Shown: positions 21,590-30,553 of the stretch, in pieces
How the letters are laid out: the number at the start of each line of letters is the position of its first letter
Numbering within the stretch: position 1 is the stretch's first letter
From: Methanobacteriota archaeon
Lineage (GTDB): Archaea; Thermoplasmatota; Poseidoniia; MGIII; CG-Epi1
Assembly: GCA_029977605.1 (NCBI GenBank)
Contig: JAPOKN010000003.1
Location: 1-51,134, forward strand
Direction of reading: 5' to 3'
Length of the DNA stretch: 51,134 nt
Translations under genes and position numbers: made by a program
The notes under the pieces: model-generated
What the model saw: the letters and a program-made list of their open reading frames with translations, nothing else
The model's database searches: none
Told to the model about the DNA's origin: nothing

Positions 21590-23514
21590 AGTGCATTTTT
21601 AGATTGCAAATTAAACATAACTAATCCGTTTTTAGCATCAATTCCAGCTACTTCCTGATAATCATAACCTAAAGAGTCACTACCCCCACTCCTATCAAGG
21701 AAATATGCGTAACTTCCTGCAGTATCAACATCAATATTATTAGAATAATCATTGAAGTTCCAGTTCCCCGAATTTAAGTCCGAGATTGCGCTAATTAAAT
21801 CTAAATTTCCAAAGTCAAGAATAGAAGTTGGAGATGAAAGGCTTTGTTCAGATATCAAATTTTGGCCTAAAATAAGAGTAGTAGTTTCGTAATTAACATT
21901 ATTAGTATTTTTATCGATAGCCCAATCAGCAATTTCTTCAAAATCAGTCATAAGATTTTCAGCTGAGCAAACGGTCAATGGTGTTTCTATTTCTTCCATT
22001 TTTAAAATAGGGTTATCTAATTCTACTTCGGTTCCATTTACATTAGTAGTGCCATTAATTTTTTCCTGACGGTAGTCTAGAATCCAGCCATCTACTTTCT
22101 GAGATTGCTCATTACTGTGTGCCATTGTAAAATTCCATCTATTATTATTGTTAGAGCTAAAATTAGCTTCAATTACAAAAGCTTCTTCTTTTTTGGCCTG
22201 TTGGTCTTTGATGTAATTATCAAATGAAGAGATATTGTTCCTAGCTGCATTAATTCCAGATTGTAGGTTAAAATTTTCACTCAGCTGTGAATTTTCATCG
22301 CAAGATGTGCCTAAGGCAGGCGCACCATTATCCCAAGCTAAAAATTCACCCTCACTATTAGGTGAAACAGAATCGTAATTTTTGGTAGGGACAAATTCAT
22401 TTCCCTCAAATACATCTTTAGCTGTGGCAGTATATTTCAGATCAATTGAATATAGTTGAGCTCCGGGTGATTTTGCTTCAGAAGTTAATCTCATTTCAAA
22501 TTTTAAAGGGAGACTACTAACTTCTGACATGTAAAAAGAAAATGTATAACTGTATTCATATTCATATCCTAGTAATGAATCAGATACGTATGAGGTCATG
22601 ATTTGAATTTTTACGGTATCATAATCTTTTATTTTTTCACCTTTATCGACTTTAGTAGTAAATTGGATGCCACTTTCGTAAAGAGTTCCACTGTCGCCTA
22701 CTGTCAAAGTCTTTCCAATGTATGCATTTCCATGAGGCAATATGCCGCTGCTATGTTGGCGAGGTATCCAATCCGTAGCGCTCTGCCATGCCCATCGTTG
22801 ACCTATTCCTGAGATTTTTGCAGTGGAAGCATTAGAAACTATATCAGATCGTATAATGTTTAGTGAACTGCTATCAACATATTGATCTTGTGTACTCTTT
22901 ATGTTTGAATTTTTTAGTTCAGCAGGTTCAGATCCTTCTTCAGTGATTGTGCCATCAACATCATCAAGGTCTTGCTCTATATATTTCCTAAAAAGAGAAT
23001 TTTTAGTCTCACCATATCCATTTTTTTCAACATGCCGAGGTCCTTCTATTCCAAGAGATAGCTCACCCTGGAAAACAACGTCTAAATTATTTATTACAAT
23101 ATCATTGTCAAAGAACCCAAAGGGTATAGGAACATCTAAATTACTGTCAAAATTTAAGAAGCCATTTACGTTATAATTAATTTGTTCATCGTATCTTTCA
23201 TTGGGAACTTCAATTTCAGCGTTTGTTTCATTTAATAAGAAGAAGAGAGTTCCAGTTAGAAGGAGAATGACAACAGTACCTACTATTCCAATAGTTCTTA
23301 GATTTAAGCCATCAACATCTTCAGCTATAGGGATTGCCCAATCCTCGTCATTTTCAATAGCTTCACCTTCTTCAGGTATAGCTAGATTAATTTCTTTCTC
23401 ATCTTTTTCAGGCGAGGCTTCAGATAAGTCTAGAGTTGAACTATAATCCTCAGAGTCTGAGCTAGAAGTATCGTCTTCTTTTCCCGTATCCCAAAGGTTG
23501 TCTTCCGACTTCAC
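21586..23514 (-). CDS. Hypothetical type-II membrane protein with an acidic cytoplasmic tail and a large extracytoplasmic domain
   Basis: 642 aa, GTG start. About 70 acidic/Ser-rich residues, a single TM (IGIVGTVVILLLTGTLFFLL), then about 550 aa that are N/S/Y-rich with no motif I recognise. Confidence 0.6.
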   Translation of the reverse strand: MKSEDNLWDTGKEDDTSSSDSEDYSSTLDLSEASPEKDEKEINLAIPEEGEAIENDEDWAIPIAEDVDGLNLRTIGIVGTVVILLLTGTLFFLLNETNAEIEVPNERYDEQINYNVNGFLNFDSNLDVPIPFGFFDNDIVINNLDVVFQGELSLGIEGPRHVEKNGYGETKNSLFRKYIEQDLDDVDGTITEEGSEPAELKNSNIKSTQDQYVDSSSLNIIRSDIVSNASTAKISGIGQRWAWQSATDWIPRQHSSGILPHGNAYIGKTLTVGDSGTLYESGIQFTTKVDKGEKIKDYDTVKIQIMTSYVSDSLLGYEYEYSYTFSFYMSEVSSLPLKFEMRLTSEAKSPGAQLYSIDLKYTATAKDVFEGNEFVPTKNYDSVSPNSEGEFLAWDNGAPALGTSCDENSQLSENFNLQSGINAARNNISSFDNYIKDQQAKKEEAFVIEANFSSNNNNRWNFTMAHSNEQSQKVDGWILDYRQEKINGTTNVNGTEVELDNPILKMEEIETPLTVCSAENLMTDFEEIADWAIDKNTNNVNYETTTLILGQNLISEQSLSSPTSILDFGNLDLISAISDLNSGNWNFNDYSNNIDVDTAGSYAYFLDRSGGSDSLGYDYQEVAGIDAKNGLVMFNLQSKNAL

Positions 23515-23558
23515 GAAGCTTAGGCATCGCTATTCTATTTTAGACTAATGCTGATTAA

Positions 23559-23834
23559 TTATGATTTAATTATTGCAATTAAGAAAATAACTATACCAAT
23601 AATTCCACCTAGCATTCCACCAATGAAAGCGAGGATAGAGTTCATGAATACTACACTGTCATACGCCATTGAAGTTACGTAGTACATTAAAGCTATACCT
23701 AGCGCTAAAAATAAAATGCCAACATTTCTAGTTTTACTACTGCCGTAATATGATATCAGCAATCCCATTAATAGCATAGATAAGGCAGAACCAACAATAA
23801 GCATAGATATTGCAATTTCAGATGTTTCGGCCAT
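23559..23834 (-). CDS. Small 3-TM membrane protein (paralog of the upstream gene)
   Basis: I prefer ATG 23834 (MAETSEIAISMLIVG...), one base after the upstream gene's stop (23836-23838). The TM pattern is alignable with the 151-aa neighbour (LLISYYGSSKTRNVGILFLALGIALMYY versus LFTSYFGAGKSQKIGLGLLVTGILAIVI). Confidence 0.55.
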   Translation of the reverse strand: MAETSEIAISMLIVGSALSMLLMGLLISYYGSSKTRNVGILFLALGIALMYYVTSMAYDSVVFMNSILAFIGGMLGGIIGIVIFLIAIIKS

Positions 23835-23835
23835 T

Positions 23836-24291
23836 TTATTCCTCCTCTCCTGATGAATCCGTTGATTCAGCATTTAATTCTTTTTCTAATTTTTTAAGTT
23901 CTTCATCTAAGTCCAAATCTTCGAGATCTTCTAAGTCTAAATCTTCTAAATCATCTACAGTATCTACTTTCATAAGTACAAATAAGATTACAAACATTCC
24001 AATAATCATTCCAGCTAGCGCTGAAATTCCAGATATCAGTGCATCCATGAATACTCCGTCATCAAATTGAGTTGTTACTCCAGTTCCAGCTTCAAAAGTT
24101 AGGATATATGTTATGACTATTGCTAAAATTCCAGTGACCAAGAGGCCGAGACCAATCTTTTGAGATTTACCAGCACCGAAATATGATGTGAATAAGCCAG
24201 TAGCTAAGAGAGCAACTCCGATTCCGATCAATAACATAGATACGAAATAGTCCATAATTACTCCATCGCCGATTTCTGTGGACATGTCCAT
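23836..24291 (-). CDS. Small 3-TM membrane protein with an acidic DLE-repeat C-terminal tail
   Basis: 151 aa. Three hydrophobic helices, then DDLEDLDLEDLEDLDLDEELKKLEKEL...SSGEEE. Confidence 0.55.
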   Translation of the reverse strand: MDMSTEIGDGVIMDYFVSMLLIGIGVALLATGLFTSYFGAGKSQKIGLGLLVTGILAIVITYILTFEAGTGVTTQFDDGVFMDALISGISALAGMIIGMFVILFVLMKVDTVDDLEDLDLEDLEDLDLDEELKKLEKELNAESTDSSGEEE

Positions 24292-24362
24292 AAGTTGTTA
24301 TTTTAGAACCTTAGTTATAAACATATCTATCCCTTTTTTTGTCGACGACGTTCACAGGATAA

Positions 24363-24371
24363 GTATATATA
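24363..24371 (+). promoter_or_regulatory. Candidate TATA box for the 76-aa gene
   Basis: GTATATATA is centred about 37 nt upstream of ATG 24404. GGTG lies 9 nt upstream of the ATG. Confidence 0.4.
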
Positions 24372-24403
24372 CACTACACTTTCTAAACAATTGGTGTTAA
24401 ACC

Positions 24404-24634
24404 ATGGCTGAAAAAGTTGAAAAGACAGGAGTAACAAAAGAAGCAGGCTACCTATATTACTTAGGAAAAGACGGACACGTATGGCGAACTAAGATGGCTC
24501 GAGGCGGTAAAAAGACCGGCGGCGGACCAGAAAAAGTCGCAGATGCAGGTGTCACTAGAGAAGATAAATTCCTATATTACATCGACAAAGATGGCGATGT
24601 AGCTAGGTCCGAGATGGCTCGCGGCCGAAAGTAA
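24404..24634 (+). CDS. Small basic protein with an internal duplication (2 x about 30 aa)
   Basis: 76 aa. The repeats are GVTKEAGYLYYLGKDGHVWRTKMARGGKK and GVTREDKFLYYIDKDGDVARSEMARGRK. It has its own TATA box and a terminator-like hairpin. Confidence 0.65.
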   Translation: MAEKVEKTGVTKEAGYLYYLGKDGHVWRTKMARGGKKTGGGPEKVADAGVTREDKFLYYIDKDGDVARSEMARGRK

Positions 24635-24664
24635 ATTTAAATTTACTTAGAGTCAAAAATGGTT

Positions 24665-24697
24665 AGCCCAAATTATTTTGGGCTGATCTCTTTTTTT
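24665..24697 (+). terminator. Terminator-like hairpin followed by a T7 run
   Basis: Perfect 8-bp stem AGCCCAAA-ttat-TTTGGGCT (24665-24684), then TTTTTTT (24691-24697), 30 nt after the stop of the 76-aa gene. Confidence 0.45.
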
Positions 24698-24701
24698 ATG
24701 A

Positions 24702-24788
24702 GCCGAGGTCGCTTAGCCCGGTATAGCGCCGGCCTTGAAAGCCGGTGGGAAATTTCCCTCGGGGGTTCAAATCCCTCCCTCGGCGCCA
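24702..24788 (+). tRNA. tRNA-Ser (anticodon UGA), class II with long variable arm, CCA encoded
   Basis: GCCGAGG...CCGGC-CTTGAAA-GCCGG-TGGGAAATTTCCC(variable arm)...GGGGG-TTCAAAT-CCCTC-CCTCGGC-G-CCA. Confidence 0.9.
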
Positions 24789-24799
24789 ATAAAATTATT

Positions 24800-26782
24800 T
24801 TATAATTTTGATTTTATTTCTGTAGTTATATCTGATATAAATTTTTCCAGCAGTATTCCTGTATTTTGCTCTCGGTCGGGCCCCATAAATGATACAGTTT
24901 CATTTTTTTGCTCATCATCCCCAAGAATCATAAGGTATGCAGGCCTCATTTTTCTATGAGTTCTTAGTTTCTTTCCAATAGTATCATCGCCAGAGTCTAC
25001 TTCGACTCGCAGTGCTAAATCACGTAGAGTTTTAGCAATTTTTTCTGCGTATTTCTTATGCTTTTCAGATATAGTCAAAATATGAACTTGTGTAGGAGAA
25101 AGCCAAGTTGGAAACATTCCATTGAAATGCTCAATCAGTACTCCGCAAAACCTTTCCATAGAACCAAATGGTGCTCTATGGATCATAACGGGGCGATGTT
25201 TTTCACCATCTGAACCAACATATGTAAGGTCAAATCTTTCTGGTAAGTTATAGTCCACTTGTACAGTACCCAATTGCCATTCTCTTCCCAATACGTCTTT
25301 TACAACAAAGTCAATCTTTGGACCGTAAAAAGCAGCCTCGCCGGGTTCCTCACTAAATTCAACACCTAGTGATGCTGCAGCATTTCGACACGCTTCTTCA
25401 GCGGTATTCCATTTTTCGGGACTACCTACATATTTATCAGAATCAGAAGCTCGGAGTCCAATTCTAACACGATAATCTTCCATTCCAAGTGTCCCAAAAA
25501 TAACTTTGACTAATTCAATACAACCAAGCAACTCTTGCTCAATTTGTTCCTCCGTCACGAATAAGTGAGCATCATCTTGAGTAAAGCCCCTTACTCTAGT
25601 CATCCCTGAGATTTCTCCAGACTGCTCCCAGCGGTACACAGTTCCAAATTCGGCCAATCTTAAAGGCAAGTCACGATATGATCTTGGCTGACTTGTGTAC
25701 ACGCGAATATGATGTGGACAATTCATAGGCTTTAGCATGTATCCATCAATTTCACCATCTGACATTAGATTAGATAGTTCTCCACAGGTACAGTTTTCAT
25801 CGGATAATTTGCGTAAAGTATCTCGCTTTATTATTGGAGGATATTGACTATCTTGATAGTACGGGAAATGGCCCGATGTCCGATAAAGATCGAGCTTTCC
25901 AATATGTGGCGTGTATATTTGTTGGTAACCTTGGAGGATTAAATGTTCTGAAATAAACTGTTGTAGTTCATTTCGTATTATAGTTCCTCGTGGCGTCCAA
26001 AGAACTAATCCTTGACCTACCATTTCATCAATGTGAAATAATTGTAAATCTTTCCCTAATTTTCGATGGTCTCTCTTTGCAGCCTCACGAAGTAAATTTT
26101 CACGATTCTGAAGGTCTTCTTTTGATGAATAGCACATTCCATAAATTCTAACAAGCGTTTCTCTTGATGAATCAGCCCTCCAAAATGCTTGGCTTGTGTT
26201 AGTTAGCTTAAACCATCTTAATTTAGAAGTACTTTCGACGTGTGGCCCTCTGCAAAGATCCACAAAATTACCTTGTTTATATACTGAAGAGCCAACTTCT
26301 TGTCCAATTTTATCATCCATTATTTCCATTTTAAATGAGTTGTCAGAAAACATTTTTCTCAAAGTCTCATTATTATGTTCTTGTCTTTCGATTGGTAAAT
26401 TTTGTTTGACTATTTTTTTCATTAACTTTTCGATTCTTCTTAAGTCATCTTCATTAATGGGGTCCATAAAAAAATCGTAATAAAAACCATCATCTATAGG
26501 AGGCCCTATTGTTGGTTTTGCATTAGGAAACAGTTCTGTAACAGCTTGTGCTAAAAGATGTGCACATGAATGTCTCATTATGTATAAACCTTCATTAGAA
26601 TTATCTTGAATGGGTTCAACTCGGCAACTTTGGGTTAATAAATAAGATAAATCTTTTTCTTCATCATTAACTAAGGCTGCAACAGCACCAGATTTTTTTC
26701 CATATGCCTTTTTAATGACTTCGTTTGCGCTGATTTCATTCGAAAATTCAAGCACCTCTCCGTCACATTCAACCTTAATCAT
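24800..26782 (-). CDS. thrS: Threonine--tRNA ligase (bacterial/eukaryal-like architecture with TGS and N2 editing domains)
   Basis: 660 aa. N-terminal TGS-like domain, editing-domain motif RHSCAHLLAQA, and class II core motifs (YRWEQSGEISGMTRVRGFTQDDAHLF, HRAPFGSMERF). Confidence 0.92.
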   Translation of the reverse strand: MIKVECDGEVLEFSNEISANEVIKKAYGKKSGAVAALVNDEEKDLSYLLTQSCRVEPIQDNSNEGLYIMRHSCAHLLAQAVTELFPNAKPTIGPPIDDGFYYDFFMDPINEDDLRRIEKLMKKIVKQNLPIERQEHNNETLRKMFSDNSFKMEIMDDKIGQEVGSSVYKQGNFVDLCRGPHVESTSKLRWFKLTNTSQAFWRADSSRETLVRIYGMCYSSKEDLQNRENLLREAAKRDHRKLGKDLQLFHIDEMVGQGLVLWTPRGTIIRNELQQFISEHLILQGYQQIYTPHIGKLDLYRTSGHFPYYQDSQYPPIIKRDTLRKLSDENCTCGELSNLMSDGEIDGYMLKPMNCPHHIRVYTSQPRSYRDLPLRLAEFGTVYRWEQSGEISGMTRVRGFTQDDAHLFVTEEQIEQELLGCIELVKVIFGTLGMEDYRVRIGLRASDSDKYVGSPEKWNTAEEACRNAAASLGVEFSEEPGEAAFYGPKIDFVVKDVLGREWQLGTVQVDYNLPERFDLTYVGSDGEKHRPVMIHRAPFGSMERFCGVLIEHFNGMFPTWLSPTQVHILTISEKHKKYAEKIAKTLRDLALRVEVDSGDDTIGKKLRTHRKMRPAYLMILGDDEQKNETVSFMGPDREQNTGILLEKFISDITTEIKSKL

Positions 26783-26864
26783 TTTAGTTGCTTAAGCCAT
26801 CAATACAAAAAGACTTTCCTATAGGTAAATCCTTATACTCTATCTACTGTGACAATTTATCCAA

Positions 26865-27665
26865 ATGGTCCGCAGTCAAAGGAAACGAGGAAGGCGCCCA
26901 CCTAAAAAATCAAGTAAGAAGGGCCTTAGTTTTGGTTCATTAGCAGTCCAATTAGTTTCCGTTTTGATAATAGTTTTTATTGTTTTTTTTCTCATAGCTG
27001 CAAAGATAATTAGCAACATTACTGGAGCTATTTTATGCATGATTTCTTTGTCAATCTTATCTTACTTTATTGTTAACTCTCCTAAGAAGTCCAGAAAGAA
27101 ACGTCGTCCAAAGAGAAAAGTAGTTTCAGATGAACCTCAATTTTACACAGCCCTACCATCAACAGTAGGACTTACCGAAGTCCCAGAGGATTTTTCCACG
27201 TCCGAAGTTAGATTGCCTCCTAGGCCAACTAAGGCAGCACGTCGTCAAAGAGAGTTTGTGATGTACCCGCCTTCTGTAGGAAGGGGAGACTATTCGGATT
27301 CTTACACTCAGATTGATAAAGATACAGTTTTGCGCCTTAGGGGTGAAATGGTTCCTGAAATGGGTACAAAATTTTTACCAGGAAGTAGGTTGTCTTCACT
27401 ACCTTCAGCAGATGAAATAGCAAATTTTCTGGAGGATGTAACTTCTAATCCTATTGCAGTAGAACCTGCTGCAGCCGCAGTAGAGCCTGTTGCAGCCGCA
27501 GTAGAGCCTGTTGCAGCCGCAGTAGAACCTGTTGCAGTCGCAGCTGAACCTGTTGCAGTCGCAGCTGAACCTGTTGCAGTCGCAGCTGAACCTGTTGCAG
27601 TAACTCCGACAAAGGCAGTTGAAGAAGAAACAGAGGATATGGACTTCGATATGGAATGGGATTAG
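26865..27665 (+). CDS. Hypothetical membrane protein with basic flanks, A/V/E/P heptad repeats and an acidic aromatic C-terminus
   Basis: 266 aa. MVRSQRKRGRRPPKKSSKK, then two hydrophobic helices, KKSRKKRRPKRK, a spacer, 7 x (A[VA]EP[AV]A[AV]), and ...EEETEDMDFDMEWD. Confidence 0.6.
   Translation: MVRSQRKRGRRPPKKSSKKGLSFGSLAVQLVSVLIIVFIVFFLIAAKIISNITGAILCMISLSILSYFIVNSPKKSRKKRRPKRKVVSDEPQFYTALPSTVGLTEVPEDFSTSEVRLPPRPTKAARRQREFVMYPPSVGRGDYSDSYTQIDKDTVLRLRGEMVPEMGTKFLPGSRLSSLPSADEIANFLEDVTSNPIAVEPAAAAVEPVAAAVEPVAAAVEPVAVAAEPVAVAAEPVAVAAEPVAVTPTKAVEEETEDMDFDMEWD
27456..27602 (+). repeat. In-frame 21-bp tandem repeat, about 7 copies in two sub-types
   Basis: GCAGTAGARCCTGYTGCAGCC in about 3-4 copies, then GCAGCTGAACCTGTTGCAGTC in about 3 copies. 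The copies are near-perfect and encode AVEPVAA / AAEPVAV. Confidence 0.85.
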
Positions 27666-27721
27666 ATTTTAGTAAAGGTCATGGGTTGTTCTTTTAATGG
27701 CATACTTTCATCGCTAATAAG

Positions 27722-28462
27722 TTGAAAGTACAAGAATACATCTCCAGCCGAAGGGAGGCACGTCCTCTACACTTCACCCTTCTTGATCCCGGTAAAACTA
27801 GTGCTGATGATTTGATTACATTAGCTAAACAAACAGCAGAAGCTGGAACCGATGGATTTATGGTCGGCGGTTCTACAGATTTAAGCCTCGAAAACGTGGA
27901 TTTAGCTGTAGAAACAATTAAACAAACAACACACATGCCAGTGATTCTTTTTCCTACACATGCTTCTTCAGTCTCAGGCAAAGCAGATGCAATTTTCTTC
28001 ATGTCACTTCTAAATAGTGAAAGTCGACAATTTCTCGTTGGCGAGCAAATAGCAAGCGCACCATGGGTTAAAAAGACGGGATTAGAGCCCTTATCTATGG
28101 CTTATCTTGTAGTGGCGCCGGGAATGACTGCCGGTAGAGTTGGTCAAGCCCAACCTTTGCCTAGGGATCAGCCTGATTTGGTAGTTTCTCATGCGCTAGC
28201 GGGACAATATTTAGGTATGAAATACATATATCTTGAGGCCGGTTCAGGTGCATCTGAACCTGTTCCTGAAGATATTATTAAATCAGTAAGAGAGTCAATT
28301 GACGTAACATTAATAGTTGGCGGAGGTATTCGCACGCCTGAATCGGCACGTAAAGTAGTTGCGGCAGGAGCAGATATAGTAGTTACTGGTACTTTTGTAG
28401 AAACATCTCAAAGTCTTAAAGAGGAAATGACTGCCTTAACTAATGCAATTCATTCAAAATAA
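27722..28462 (+). CDS. Geranylgeranylglyceryl phosphate synthase (PcrB/GGGPS family)
   Basis: 246 aa with an apparent TTG start. FTLLDPGK, GTDGFMVGGS, YIYLEAGSGA, IVGGGIR. Confidence 0.85.
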   Translation: MKVQEYISSRREARPLHFTLLDPGKTSADDLITLAKQTAEAGTDGFMVGGSTDLSLENVDLAVETIKQTTHMPVILFPTHASSVSGKADAIFFMSLLNSESRQFLVGEQIASAPWVKKTGLEPLSMAYLVVAPGMTAGRVGQAQPLPRDQPDLVVSHALAGQYLGMKYIYLEAGSGASEPVPEDIIKSVRESIDVTLIVGGGIRTPESARKVVAAGADIVVTGTFVETSQSLKEEMTALTNAIHSK

Positions 28463-30219
28463 TGGTTCCCGAGTTAAAAGTAGATAAGATAAGTCCTCCT
28501 CCAGCGAGACTATCTGCTTTCTTGTATCATACTCCTACAAGCTTATTTAGTTTTGTATTATTTTTCTTTACAACTTCTTTGTTAGTATATAGCGGAATAC
28601 TTTGGCTAGGTAGGGCTGAAACTAATATAGATTATGCCATTTTTAGCATGGTAACTTTTTCCCTTCCGGTTCTTTTAACGTCTTATTTAGTAACTAACAT
28701 TTCTTGGATTTGGGATGGAAGATATCCTCTTAGATATGGACTTCAAGCTGGCGCTACGGGTTCAGTACTAATGATTATTACAACATTCGTTGGTTATTCA
28801 TATGATTTAGCTAACGAGGGCCTAGCATTTGGCTTTGGTTGTATGGGTGGATTATGGTATCTGACACTTAGAACACATGGAAGTGCACCTGCAAGAGTAG
28901 CTTTACCTTTATCTTTGTTTTCTCCATTTGTTAGTATCTACTTCTTTTGGTATGGCGATTCAGAGCATTCTTTTAATTTTGGATTATTAGCAACTCTTTC
29001 TCTTGTTTTTGCAAGTCATTTCTATCTTTTCTTGGTAGATTCTCCGTACAAAAAAGCAGTTGGAGTAAGTGGAACAAGGCACATGGCTGCCTTTATTGAT
29101 CATTTTTCGACCGGAGATGGTCGAAGATTAACCGAGGCAATACGAGAAATTTGTCAAGTCGTTGAGACACGAAATAGTTGGGTTTCAATTAAGAAGGATG
29201 GGAAGTCAGTAGCGTTTTTCGCAGTACCTGGAGTTCATCCAGGCCCTCTAGGAAATCTCGGAGGCTCGAACCTTCCGGTAAAAATCGAACCCACTTTGCC
29301 AGGTTTGGGTTTTGCCTTTCATGGATCGTCAACTAATGATCATAACCCCTTACGTGATGAAGATATTACAAGGATTGGTAAGGCAATGGTAGAAGCGTCT
29401 GAAGATGCAGTTTATTCAAATAAATCAAGAGCTTTGGTTAGTAAGGGAAAAACACCTTCAGCTCATGTTCTAAATTTTGGTGAAGGTAGTCTCATTTTCG
29501 CTAGTCCAGGAGATAGTGATGACATTCTTCCAGAGCTGTCAGCTCGTTTAGAAAGTTCATCCTTAGACACTAAAGGGGAACGAATAGTTATAGATCTACA
29601 CAATCAAGAAGGTTGGGGAAGGCCGCCTTTGGCAGCAGGTTCTAAAGAAGGTTCATTACTTGAAAAGCATGCGGCTGCAGCTATTTCAGAAAGTCGTAAA
29701 TTAGATTTTAATAATTTGAAGGTAGGTTTTTCGCATATTCCTGGTGAAAATCTGGGTAGAGGCATAGGGCCAGGCGGCGTCAGGGCTGCAGTTTTTGAAA
29801 ATGAAGTTAATGATAAGAAAGAATTAACGGGTATTTTACTTTGGGATGCAAATGGCTTAGGTCCAGGAATGAATGAGGATTTACAAAAAAAATTAAAAGG
29901 AAAGGTAGATAATTTGCTTATTTCAACAACAGATAATCACTTTGTGAATATTAAACCGGGCGGTTTTAATCCATTATCTGATTCTGATGGGCTTTTATCT
30001 TCAGCAAATCAAGTTCTTGATGAAGCTATAGCAGATATTTCAGATGCTGAATCTGCGATGGGTACAGTTTATGTTGATGGTGTCGAAATAATGGGTCAAG
30101 GTAAACAAGACAAGATTAGCGCGGCGGCTAATTCAATTATTGAGGTTGCTCGCTACTCATGGTTACCAATATATTCTTCAGCAACTATGTTTTGTATGAT
30201 TGCTTCTTCTTATGTCTAA
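28462..30219 (+). CDS. Archaeal DUF2070-like membrane protein (N-terminal polytopic domain plus a C-terminal soluble domain)
   Basis: 585 aa. About 6 TM helices in the first 200 aa or so, then a domain with [29 protein letters not shown] and STTDNHFVN. This resembles COG3356/DUF2070 from memory. The ATG overlaps the GGGPS stop (TAATG). Confidence 0.55.
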   Translation: MVPELKVDKISPPPARLSAFLYHTPTSLFSFVLFFFTTSLLVYSGILWLGRAETNIDYAIFSMVTFSLPVLLTSYLVTNISWIWDGRYPLRYGLQAGATGSVLMIITTFVGYSYDLANEGLAFGFGCMGGLWYLTLRTHGSAPARVALPLSLFSPFVSIYFFWYGDSEHSFNFGLLATLSLVFASHFYLFLVDSPYKKAVGVSGTRHMAAFIDHFSTGDGRRLTEAIREICQVVETRNSWVSIKKDGKSVAFFAVPGVHPGPLGNLGGSNLPVKIEPTLPGLGFAFHGSSTNDHNPLRDEDITRIGKAMVEASEDAVYSNKSRALVSKGKTPSAHVLNFGEGSLIFASPGDSDDILPELSARLESSSLDTKGERIVIDLHNQEGWGRPPLAAGSKEGSLLEKHAAAAISESRKLDFNNLKVGFSHIPGENLGRGIGPGGVRAAVFENEVNDKKELTGILLWDANGLGPGMNEDLQKKLKGKVDNLLISTTDNHFVNIKPGGFNPLSDSDGLLSSANQVLDEAIADISDAESAMGTVYVDGVEIMGQGKQDKISAAANSIIEVARYSWLPIYSSATMFCMIASSYV

Positions 30220-30542
30220 GTTTGAATTTGGATAGAAATTTTAACTCCATCAGGAATTTGAATTCTCATCAATTGTCTCATAGCTCTTTCATCTGCGTCA
30301 ATGTAAATCAATCTTTTATGTAATCTTGCTTCCCATCGATCCCAAGTTTCAGATCCTTCACCGTCAGGTGATTTTCTTACAGGTACCTTCAACTTCTTAG
30401 TTGGTAACGGTATTGGCCCAGTCATTCCAACTCCAGTTCTATCTGAAATAGTTTTTATCTGTTCACAAACACTATCGACAATGTCATAACTCAAAGAATG
30501 CAGCGAAATACAAGCTCTGCTAGATGCCTTCTTTGGAGCCAT
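30216..30542 (-). CDS. rps10: 30S ribosomal protein S10 (uS10)
   Basis: 108 aa. ...[41 protein letters not shown]. Lies downstream of EF-1alpha, as is usual in archaea. Confidence 0.9.
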   Translation of the reverse strand: MAPKKASSRACISLHSLSYDIVDSVCEQIKTISDRTGVGMTGPIPLPTKKLKVPVRKSPDGEGSETWDRWEARLHKRLIYIDADERAMRQLMRIQIPDGVKISIQIQT

Positions 30543-30553
30543 TAATTATCTAC

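Noticed and set aside
24735-24959. 74-aa + strand ORF
   Set aside because: It starts inside tRNA-Ser and continues antisense to the 3' end of thrS. It is an artefact of open antisense frames.
27456-27602. Regular short repeats that could suggest a CRISPR array
   Set aside because: The units are 21 bp and directly abutting with no spacers. They are in frame within a continuous ORF and encode a heptad peptide repeat, so this is not CRISPR.
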